Positions 56,711 to 64,000 of a stretch of 64,000 nt of DNA are shown piece by piece. Both the position numbers and the translations under genes were made by a program. Positions within the stretch are counted from its first letter, which is position 1. Every line of letters begins with the position of its first letter. The notes beneath the pieces are model-generated. The model had not been told where the DNA came from and made no database searches. It saw only the letters and a list, made by a program, of their open reading frames with translations. Source of the DNA: an uncultured Acidobacteriota bacterium (GTDB lineage: Bacteria > Acidobacteriota > Thermoanaerobaculia > UBA5066 > Gp7-AA6); NCBI GenBank assembly GCA_963764715.1, contig CAVXTP010000017.1:96001-160000 (forward strand), read 5' to 3'.

Positions 56711-58111
56711 ATGTCGGAAATCCGCCGGTTCCACTTCGTCCCCATCGGCGGGACGGCCATGGTCCCCCTCGCGGCCCTGCTCCTCGAGGAAGGCCATCGG
56801 GTCACCGGAAGCGACCTGAAGCTCTATCCGCCCATGTCGACCACCCTGGAACGGCTCGGCATCCCGGTCGCCGAGGGGTTCGCCGCCGGCCACGTCCCGG
56901 AGGACTGCGACGTAGTCGTCGTCGGGAACGCCGCCTCGCGGGACAACGTCGAGGCGAGCGAGGCGACGCGGCGGGGCCTGCCTGTCCTCTCCCTGCCACA
57001 GGCGATCCGCCAGTACCTCCTGCCCGGGAAGACCTCGGTCGTGATCACCGGCACGCACGGGAAGACGACGACCACGGCCCTGACCTCGTGGCTGCTCCTC
57101 GACGCCGGCCGCGACCCGGGCTTCATCGTCGGCGGGCAGATGCAGAACCTCGGCCGCGGCTACCGCCGGGGGGCCGGGCCGCATTTCGTGCTCGAAGGCG
57201 ACGAGTACAACGCGGCGTACTTCGACCGCGGGCCGAAGTTCCTCCACTACGAGCCGAAGCACCTCTTCGTCGGCAACATCGAGTACGACCACGCCGACCT
57301 CTACCCGGACCTCCCGTCGATCGTCGAGGCGTTCCGCCAGGTCGTGCGCATCGTTCCGGAGGGCGGAACGATCGTCGTCAACGCCGACGACCCGCGCGTC
57401 GTGGACGTCGCGAAGGACGCGCGCGCGGCGGTCGTCCGCGTGTCGCTCGACGATCCCGGCGCCGACTTCTCGGCGCGCGACATCGTGTTCGGCCCGGAGG
57501 GCACGCAGTTCACGCTCCTCGAAGCGGGGCTGCCGACCGCGCGGCTCGCCTCGCCCCTCTCCGGCGTCCACAACGTCCGCAACGCTCTCGGCGCGATCGC
57601 GCTCGTGCGCGGCCTCGGGCTCTCCTCGACCGAGGTCGCGCGCTCGCTCCCCCGCTTCGGGGGCGTCAAGCGCCGGCTCGAGGTCAAGGGCGAGAAGAAC
57701 GGCATCCTCGTCGTGGACGACTTCGCCCACCATCCGACGGCCGTCGCCGGGACGCTCCTCGCCGCGCGCGCGAAGTTCCCGGGCCGCCGGATCTGGGCGC
57801 TCTTCGAGCCTCGCTCGAACACGGCGGGACGGAAGGTCTTCGAGGAGGAGTATGCCGAGGCTTTCGCCGGAGCCGACGCCGTCGTCCTCGCTCCGGTCTT
57901 CCACGCGCAGCGCCTGACGCCCGACAAGCAGATCGACCGGGCCGCGCTCGCCTCCCGGTTCTCGGCCGCCGGCAAGCCGGCCTTCGCGCCCGGCTCGATC
58001 GACGAGATCCCCGGGATCCTCCGGCGCGAAGCGCGCGCGGGCGACGTGCTCCTGCTGATGTCCTCGGGCGCCTTCGGAGGTCTGCCCGAGACGCTGCTCG
58101 ACCGGTTGTGA
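56711..58111 (+). CDS. mpl: UDP-N-acetylmuramate:L-alanyl-gamma-D-glutamyl-meso-DAP ligase (MurC-like)
   Basis: IGGTAM, YPPMST, TGTHGKTTT, EGDEY, DDFAHHPTA, FEPRSNT, MSSGAFGG. Confidence 0.9.
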   Translation: MSEIRRFHFVPIGGTAMVPLAALLLEEGHRVTGSDLKLYPPMSTTLERLGIPVAEGFAAGHVPEDCDVVVVGNAASRDNVEASEATRRGLPVLSLPQAIRQYLLPGKTSVVITGTHGKTTTTALTSWLLLDAGRDPGFIVGGQMQNLGRGYRRGAGPHFVLEGDEYNAAYFDRGPKFLHYEPKHLFVGNIEYDHADLYPDLPSIVEAFRQVVRIVPEGGTIVVNADDPRVVDVAKDARAAVVRVSLDDPGADFSARDIVFGPEGTQFTLLEAGLPTARLASPLSGVHNVRNALGAIALVRGLGLSSTEVARSLPRFGGVKRRLEVKGEKNGILVVDDFAHHPTAVAGTLLAARAKFPGRRIWALFEPRSNTAGRKVFEEEYAEAFAGADAVVLAPVFHAQRLTPDKQIDRAALASRFSAAGKPAFAPGSIDEIPGILRREARAGDVLLLMSSGAFGGLPETLLDRL

Positions 58112-59766
58112 GCCGTCGCCGGATTCTCGTCGCCATCCTGGGAGTCGCGGGACTCGCGCTCTACCTCTGGCCGGCCCTGACCGCGCCCGTCGTCCTGTGG
58201 TCCGACAGCGAGATCGATCTTGCTTGGGCCAGGGCAGGACAAGGGATCGTGACGCCAGCGGGAACCCCAGGGCACGCCGCAAAACCGGGCTATCTCCTTT
58301 TCTTGCGCGTCGCTCTGGCGCTCGGCGGAGGAACGCCGCGGGGGGTCGTCGTCTTTCAGTCGATCCTGGTCGTCGGCGCGATCATGGTCGCCTCCTTTCT
58401 CGTGGGCCGCCGCTACGGCCTCGGATTCGGAACCGCCTTTTATGCCCTCGAGTTGTTTTTCCTCCGCACGCGGGATGCCGCCAGCTCCGTCATGAGCGAG
58501 TCCCTCTCGGCGGCAATCTTCCTGCTCGTCGTCGTCGCCCTGCTGGAGCCGCCCCGGCGGCGGTCCGCCCTGGCGGCGCTCGGACTCGCTGTTGGCTTCC
58601 TCTTCCTGGTCCGGCCCAACGTCGGCGCCGCGGCTGGCCTGCTCGCTGCAGCGAGGCTCGCCGCGGAGCGCGAAACGTGGCGGGGACTCGCGGTCTTCGA
58701 CGCGACCGCGGCCGCACTCGTTCTGCCAATCTGGCTCGCCACCGCGGGAGGCTCCGCCGCCGGGACCCGCGGCCTCGCTTTTCAGGTCCTCGAGGCGAGC
58801 GTCGACGACCTGTGGACGCCGGAACTCGGCCGGATCTTTCGCGAAGGCGCGCCGAACGACATCGCGCGCAAATGGCAACGCGAGGCCTTGTCCCGGTGGC
58901 GCGCGACCATCGCGCGCGGAGGGCCCGACGCGACGCGCCAGATCGTCTGGAGGCTGACGCACGGGTTGCTCGGGACCGAGTTTTACGACGCGACTTGGTC
59001 ACCCGCTTACCGCGCCTTCTCCACGATCTCGCGCCTCGCGGCGCCTTTCTTGGTACTTGCCGCAGCCGGCTTCCTGGTAGCCCTGCCCTGGCGCGGCGAG
59101 ACAGGGAAGCTCAAGACGCTCGGGATCCTTCTGCTCGCCCTGCTCTTGATTCAGAATCTCGTCATCGGTTCGCTCCCGCGCTATGTCCTGCCGATGATTC
59201 CGGCTCTCCTCGGCCTCGGACTCCTCGCGGCCCGTGCGCTCGGTCGCTCTTCGCTGCCGCGGCTGGTGTTGGCCGCCGCCATGTTTCTCCTCGCCGTTGC
59301 CGCACTAAGGCGCTTTCCGTCCGGTCTCGGATGGGAATGGGGCCGCTTGGCAGAGGCCGGCGAGCGAATCGCGTTCCGCGTCCCGCGCGCCGCCCTTCCT
59401 CGGAGCGGCCCGGCGGTGCTCCACCTTCGCGTCGCCCCTTCGTTGCTGCCGACACTCGCCGACGCCTCGATCGTCGACGCCTCGGGACTCGTCCTGCCCA
59501 AAGTCCCGTCGGGTTCCGAACCGATTCGCGCGGAATTGGCCGTCGCCCTTCCTGAAGGCCTGCTTCGTGCCAATCTTGATTCCGATCTCGACTTCGAGCT
59601 CGTCGCCACCGGCGACTACGGGCCGGTTCACTACATGCTCTTTCCCGTGATTCCCCGGCCGTTCAAAGGCCAGGCACGACGCCTGCCCTCCGGCGAGCTC
59701 TCACCAACGACTGGGATCGCCGCCGGCGGACTCGACTGGTGGGCGCACGGGCCTCCGATTCCTTAG
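58108..59766 (+). CDS. Multi-TM membrane protein, probable GT-C glycosyltransferase
   Basis: WSDS after TM1, KPGY, MSESL, LVRPN, PRY; codon usage visibly less GC3-biased. Confidence 0.65.
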   Translation: MSRRRILVAILGVAGLALYLWPALTAPVVLWSDSEIDLAWARAGQGIVTPAGTPGHAAKPGYLLFLRVALALGGGTPRGVVVFQSILVVGAIMVASFLVGRRYGLGFGTAFYALELFFLRTRDAASSVMSESLSAAIFLLVVVALLEPPRRRSALAALGLAVGFLFLVRPNVGAAAGLLAAARLAAERETWRGLAVFDATAAALVLPIWLATAGGSAAGTRGLAFQVLEASVDDLWTPELGRIFREGAPNDIARKWQREALSRWRATIARGGPDATRQIVWRLTHGLLGTEFYDATWSPAYRAFSTISRLAAPFLVLAAAGFLVALPWRGETGKLKTLGILLLALLLIQNLVIGSLPRYVLPMIPALLGLGLLAARALGRSSLPRLVLAAAMFLLAVAALRRFPSGLGWEWGRLAEAGERIAFRVPRAALPRSGPAVLHLRVAPSLLPTLADASIVDASGLVLPKVPSGSEPIRAELAVALPEGLLRANLDSDLDFELVATGDYGPVHYMLFPVIPRPFKGQARRLPSGELSPTTGIAAGGLDWWAHGPPIP

Positions 59767-61124
59767 ATGGACGAATAGGCCTCAGGCCCGGGATTGATTG
59801 ACGATCGAGATGTCCCGATGCGGAGCCCGATGAGCAGCGTGAAAGCGGGAAACAGGCTCATCGTGATTCGGCGGAAGGCGCCGTCGATCGCATAGAGCGG
59901 GTTGAACGAGGACACGGAAAAGGCGACAGCGTACAGGGCGAGTTGAGCAAGGAATACCAGCAGCAGCGGATCACCCTCGCTCCGTCGGGTCACCAGAAAG
60001 AACGTTACGATCGCGAGCAAGGGCACGACCGCAGCTCGGGCTTCCACGCGGAGCATCCGTCCGACGACGAGCTCAAGAGATTCCAAGAGCTCTCTCCAAC
60101 GATCAGGAGCGAACCGCCCGAAGTCGAAATCTCGCCGTGTCTGATTTCCGCGCACGACGTACAGCAACCCCCAGTGCACGAGCGGAACACCGACGAGAGC
60201 CAGCGTGCCCGGCCACCATCGTGACATTCGCGACCGCCGCAGATTCCACGCGATAGCGAGCCCGAGCAACACCGCGAAGAGTGTGCCTTCCTGCTTCAGC
60301 GAGGCACAAAACAGCGCCGCCACGCCGAGCCGACCGACGGAGCCGGCGCCCGGCGATCGCAGGTAATCGACTGCGGCGGAGGTCGCAAGAACGAGGCCCA
60401 TGGCGAGCGGGATTTCCGCGGTCCCGGCGTTGACGGGCCGGTAGACAAAGAGGCACAACGACGCCAGGGTCACGGCCGCCGCGCCAGCAAGACCCGAGGC
60501 ACGACGGGCAAGCAACCCGGACAGTGCGAGGAGCGTGGCGAGCTCCACGGCCGGGAACAGCGCGGCCAACGCCTGCGAGTTCCAGTCCCCGATGAAGAAA
60601 CCGAGTGAAGCAAGAGAAAGCGGCACGAGGAGCGGGTATTCGCGGTGGGCGAAAAAGAGCGCCGGGTCATCGAAGAGCCGTCGCGGCACCTCCGACATGA
60701 GGAAGATCATCTTGCCCTTGTAGCCCCAGATCGCGAGGTAATCCGTCGACCACATGGGATCGGCCAGCGCACCGACCAGGAATGTGAACCAGGCAGTACC
60801 CGCGACGACTCCCAGGCCAAGCGCGAGCGCGCTACGCGGCGGCGCCGGGGACCGGATCGGAGCGCTGCCGTGCGGCCAGACGCTCCAGGCAATCACCGCG
60901 ACCAGTGCCTCCAGAAACCAGATCGAGAACGCGCTGGGCCGAATCCGGACTGCGAAGTGCAAGAGGATGATCGTGGCTTGCAGCAGCAAACCGCTGGCCA
61001 GCGCCCACGCCGCGCGTTCGCGGGGCCCGAGGTCCCTCGTGATGCCTCGGTTGATCGACCCGCCGGCGGCCGCGGCGGTCGCGAGGCCGAAGACGACTTT
61101 CAGCAGCGCGGCGGCGAGGATCAT
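59763..61124 (-). CDS. Multi-TM membrane protein, probable GT-C glycosyltransferase
   Basis: D..AIW..K, HREYPLL, AE.P, LKQEG, RR motifs; ATG 61124 overlaps the upstream stop. Confidence 0.65.
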   Translation of the reverse strand: MILAAALLKVVFGLATAAAAGGSINRGITRDLGPRERAAWALASGLLLQATIILLHFAVRIRPSAFSIWFLEALVAVIAWSVWPHGSAPIRSPAPPRSALALGLGVVAGTAWFTFLVGALADPMWSTDYLAIWGYKGKMIFLMSEVPRRLFDDPALFFAHREYPLLVPLSLASLGFFIGDWNSQALAALFPAVELATLLALSGLLARRASGLAGAAAVTLASLCLFVYRPVNAGTAEIPLAMGLVLATSAAVDYLRSPGAGSVGRLGVAALFCASLKQEGTLFAVLLGLAIAWNLRRSRMSRWWPGTLALVGVPLVHWGLLYVVRGNQTRRDFDFGRFAPDRWRELLESLELVVGRMLRVEARAAVVPLLAIVTFFLVTRRSEGDPLLLVFLAQLALYAVAFSVSSFNPLYAIDGAFRRITMSLFPAFTLLIGLRIGTSRSSINPGPEAYSSI

Positions 61125-61555
61125 CTTCGGCAGAGCTCGCCGGGTCCCCGGATTAGCCCCGACGAAACCGCGCACGCCGTCGCTCGAAATCCGGCGAGGT
61201 AGTCCGCCTCGTCTCTGAGTCCTTCGTCGATGACCCTGCGGGGCGCGAGCTGATAGAGGGCCTGGTAACGGTACACATCCGGTCGTTTCGGGACAAACAG
61301 GGCGATCGTGGCGTCGTTCGGGGTCAACCGTTTCACTTCGCCCAGAAAGTCGGCGTAGCCAGGATCGAACCAGAAGCCCTTGCTCTCGCGAAGCGAGATC
61401 GAATCTCCCGACAGCGCTTTCTCTAGCGACCTCAGAGAGGCCCTTGTTTCCGACAATCTCCAGGGACTTGCGAGACACGCGCTGAGGACGAGGAGCGAAG
61501 CGGTCTCAAGACCTCGGCGCAGCCCGACTAGGGCCCGGGGGGGGGGGGGCGACAT
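61121..61555 (-). CDS. Hypothetical membrane-anchored protein with a 5' poly-C tract
   Basis: ORF track 144 aa; Y.LAPR motif; ATG TCG C13. Confidence 0.55.
   Translation of the reverse strand: MSPPPPRALVGLRRGLETASLLVLSACLASPWRLSETRASLRSLEKALSGDSISLRESKGFWFDPGYADFLGEVKRLTPNDATIALFVPKRPDVYRYQALYQLAPRRVIDEGLRDEADYLAGFRATACAVSSGLIRGPGELCRR
61537..61549 (+). repeat. G13 homopolymer (simple sequence repeat)
   Basis: 13 consecutive G, the longest homopolymer noticed in the window. Confidence 0.9.
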
Positions 61556-61637
61556 TCAATAACAGTATTACGGAGCTCGGGGCGGCGACGCTCGGCTCAA
61601 TAGGGCCGAATCAGGTTCGCCGAGACGTTCGACGCCT

Positions 61638-62273
61638 CTAGGGCGCGGCGACGCGGTTGCGCAGGACGCCGACCCGCTCGATCTCGACTTCGACGACGTC
61701 GCCCGGGGAGAGCGGTCCGACGCCGGCGGGCGTGCCGGTCAGGATGAGGTCGCCCGGCTCGAGCGTCATCATCCGGGAGATGTAGGCGACGAGGAAAGCC
61801 GGCGAGAACACCATCGCCGACGTCCGCGAGGATTGCTTCACGACGCCGTTGTGGCGCGTCTCGATCGCGAGATCCGACGGGTCGACGCCCGAGACGATCT
61901 CCGGACCGACCGGACAGAACGTGTCGAACGACTTCGAGCGCGAGAACTGCTTGTCCTTCTTCTGGAGGTCGCGCGCCGTGACGTCGTTGGCGCAGCAGAC
62001 GCCGGCGAGGGCCTCGAGCCAGCGCTCCTGCGGCCAGGACTTGATGCGGCGGCCGATGACGAGGGCGAGCTCGCCCTCGTAGTCGACGCGCTCCGACTCC
62101 GGCGGGAGGACGATGTCCCCGCCGCCGAAGACGAGCGCCGACGGCGCCTTGAGAAAGAGCAACGGCTCGTCCTCGGGCGCGGCGCTTCCGAACTCGGCCG
62201 CGTGCTCGCGGTAGTTCTTGCCGACGGCGACGATCTTGGACGGGAAGGGCGGCGCGCCGTGAGAGCCGAACAC
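61638..62273 (-). CDS. Fumarylacetoacetate hydrolase family protein
   Basis: KIVAVGKNY..H, DYEGEL, NDVTARD, KSFDTF, LTGTPAGVG. Confidence 0.92.
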   Translation of the reverse strand: MFGSHGAPPFPSKIVAVGKNYREHAAEFGSAAPEDEPLLFLKAPSALVFGGGDIVLPPESERVDYEGELALVIGRRIKSWPQERWLEALAGVCCANDVTARDLQKKDKQFSRSKSFDTFCPVGPEIVSGVDPSDLAIETRHNGVVKQSSRTSAMVFSPAFLVAYISRMMTLEPGDLILTGTPAGVGPLSPGDVVEVEIERVGVLRNRVAAP

Positions 62274-62285
62274 CGCGATCGGACT

Positions 62286-62507
62286 CTAGCGCCCGACCTG
62301 ATAGACGGCGGGCTTGTAGCGCGGCGCCGGGACCGGCTTTCCGGCGGAGCGCGCCGCCTCGATCCAGGCCTCCCTGGCCCGCTCGACCTCCGCCAACGCC
62401 TCCTGCGGCGTCGGGCCGAGGGCGGAACAAGCCTCGAGGTCGGGGATGTCGGCCACGTAGGCGTGATCCTCGTCGCTGTAGAAGATGTTGATGTGGTAGT
62501 CGGTCAC
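62286..62507 (-). CDS. hicB: HicB family antitoxin (short, no DNA-binding domain)
   Basis: YVADIPDL.ACSA.G.TPQEALA..W...GKPVP.P. Confidence 0.9.
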   Translation of the reverse strand: MTDYHINIFYSDEDHAYVADIPDLEACSALGPTPQEALAEVERAREAWIEAARSAGKPVPAPRYKPAVYQVGR

Positions 62508-62763
62508 GGGCGAGGCTCCAGCTTCAAATTATAGCGTTCGACGAGACGAAGAAACTGGCGCACCTGGTAGGGCTTGGCCTCTCCGCCGACCTCCTGGATG
62601 TTGATGAGCTCGGCGAGCCCCGGGTGGCTGAAGATGTGGTGGCTCCCCGCCGTCCGAACGAGAGCGAATCTCATGGTCTCGAGCAAGCGACGCAGGTCGG
62701 GAAATGCGACGTTCTGAACCGCGCCGCCGGAGATTCTCCGAAGATAGGGCCTCAGGTTTCAGC
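62504..62763 (-). CDS. hicA: HicA family toxin; start uncertain, possible frameshift near 62748
   Basis: NVAFPDLRRLLE..F..GSHHIFSHP..INIQ..AKPYQV. Confidence 0.85.
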
Positions 62764-62772
62764 TTCTCCCCC

Positions 62773-63603
62773 TCACGCCTGCCAGGCCTCTTCGAGGAGC
62801 TCGCCGGCGTAGACCTCGCGCGCGTCGCCCGTCAGGCGCACGCCCGTGAAATTGTCCTTCTCGTCCGAGAACTCGACGACGAGGTCCACACCGCTCTTCG
62901 TCTCGCAAACGACGGGCGAAACGGCGAGGCCCTGGCGGCCGGCGACGATCGCCGCGGCGACGACACCCGAGCCGCACGAGAGCGTTTCGCCCTCGACGCC
63001 CCGCTCCCAGGTCCGGACCTGGATGCGGTTGTCCTTGCCCGCGCGCACGAAGTTGGCGTTGGCGCCCTCGGGCATGGCGGGATGGTGCCGGACGAGCGGC
63101 CCCAGCCGCTCGATGTCCATCTTCGAGAGGTCTCCGCGCATGAAGACCACGAGGTGCGGCACGCCGATCTTCATGGGGATCGCCGTGGGAGGAAGGCCCT
63201 TTCCGGAGATGGGAACGGGATCCGTGGGCGCCGGAACGGTCGGGAGGGCGAGCGTCACGCTGTCTCCTTCGACCCGGGCGGCGATCGGGCCCCAGCCCGT
63301 CTCGAGAACGAGGCTCGGGCCCGAGGCGAGGCCGTGTCGAACCGCATAGCGCGCCGCGCACCGGGTGCCGTTGGCGCAGAACGTGGCGGGGCCGCCGTCG
63401 GAGTTGTAGTAGTCGAGGCGGACCCGTCCGGGGCCGTCCGGCGAAAGAAAGAGCGCCCCGTCGGCGCCGACGGAAAGCCCCCGGCGGCAGACGAGCGCGA
63501 GGCGCTGGCGGGCCCCTTCCGAGAGCGACCGGCCGTCAGCCTCGAAAACGAGGAAGTCGTTTCCGCCGCCGGCCATCTTGATGAATTTCGCGGGCAGGGA
63601 CAT
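62773..63603 (-). CDS. dapF: Diaminopimelate epimerase
   Basis: KMAGGGNDF, GADG, NSDG..CANGTRC, GVPH, TWERGVEGETLSCGSG. Confidence 0.96.
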   Translation of the reverse strand: MSLPAKFIKMAGGGNDFLVFEADGRSLSEGARQRLALVCRRGLSVGADGALFLSPDGPGRVRLDYYNSDGGPATFCANGTRCAARYAVRHGLASGPSLVLETGWGPIAARVEGDSVTLALPTVPAPTDPVPISGKGLPPTAIPMKIGVPHLVVFMRGDLSKMDIERLGPLVRHHPAMPEGANANFVRAGKDNRIQVRTWERGVEGETLSCGSGVVAAAIVAGRQGLAVSPVVCETKSGVDLVVEFSDEKDNFTGVRLTGDAREVYAGELLEEAWQA

Positions 63604-63696
63604 GGGAGCGGGAGTGTAAACGATGCGCGAAGGGTTTCGGCGGCCTGTTGATTGCCGGCCTTCCGGGGTCCCCGGCGACCGAAGCCGCTCAAACCG

Positions 63697-64000
63697 TCAG
63701 AACGGCTCGGCCACGGCTCGCGGGGAGGGGGCGCTCTGGTTGCCGGCGCGGTCGACCGCGCGGACCGTATAGACGTATTTCCTGCCGGGCCGCGCGGCGA
63801 GGTCGTTGAAGTAGGGGTCGAGGATGGGCTCCTTCGTCAGCTGCACCGGCGGCCCGCCGGCGTCCGACCGGAACACGAGGTAGCCGGCGAGGTCGGGCGA
63901 ATCGACCGGGTCCCACAGGAGACGGACGAGGTTGCCTTCCGAGAGCGCGTCGACGCGCGTGGGCGACCTGGGGGGATAGATGTCGCGCGGCTCCGCGACG
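63697..64000 (-). CDS. Fibronectin type III domain protein, C-terminal part (start outside window)
   Basis: Manual translation: DIYPP..P..VRLLWDP..DLAGYLVFRS..YVYTVRAVDRAGNQS. Confidence 0.8.
   Translation of the reverse strand, partial: VAEPRDIYPPRSPTRVDALSEGNLVRLLWDPVDSPDLAGYLVFRSDAGGPPVQLTKEPILDPYFNDLAARPGRKYVYTVRAVDRAGNQSAPSPRAVAEPF

Noticed and set aside
58108-62763. Prophage or integrative element covering the GT cassette and hicAB
   Set aside because: No integrase, transposase, tRNA target or flanking direct repeats seen
392-63651. Many long ORFs in the track (e.g. 392..2293+, 8115..10985+ N-part, 26608..28929+, 38905..41454+, 49890..52253+, 52934..55333-)
   Set aside because: Antisense or off-frame shadows of real genes caused by high GC; Arg/Gly/Pro-rich with no family motifs
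1-64000. tRNA/rRNA genes, or a T-box upstream of tyrS
   Set aside because: No cloverleaf or rRNA signatures recognised; tyrS has a -10 box only 11 nt before its start, leaving no room for a T-box

Overview
Very GC-rich, gene-dense bacterial chromosome segment with about 70 CDS. No rRNA, tRNA, CRISPR array or transposase was seen. The protein families present (C-terminal SLH motif with GCGxGxYCP, repeated secreted 'LPAAAS..G..FFSD' domain, DUF1573, TonB receptor) suggest Acidobacteriota, possibly Thermoanaerobaculia; this is inference only. Housekeeping genes (tyrS, mpl, dapF, RNase II/R-like, family 5 UDG) are interleaved with several modules: (i) exported msrA-msrB and an 8-gene desaturase/UfaD/UfaO/CFA-type lipid-modification operon that share an ECF-type motif G[A/C]ATCC-N16-CGTACTCCG; (ii) a Fur plus FTR1 locus next to a Fur-boxed apbE-porin-FMN-binding protein-His-rich membrane protein operon, a candidate flavinylation-based reductive iron-uptake system; (iii) a Cys-rich leader ORF upstream of a CxxCxC beta-barrel; (iv) a cobalamin riboswitch-btuB-pduO unit with an in-frame REP doublet; (v) a larB-deoxyhypusine synthase-like-MOSC-DUF4230 operon; (vi) a lower-GC GT-C glycosyltransferase cassette with a G13 tract; (vii) hicAB. 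GTAG-type REPs and a GCAGTAA heptamer composite repeat occur between genes. Many genes appear leaderless. About five single frameshifts look like sequencing indels. All family assignments come from motif recognition by eye; no searches were run.
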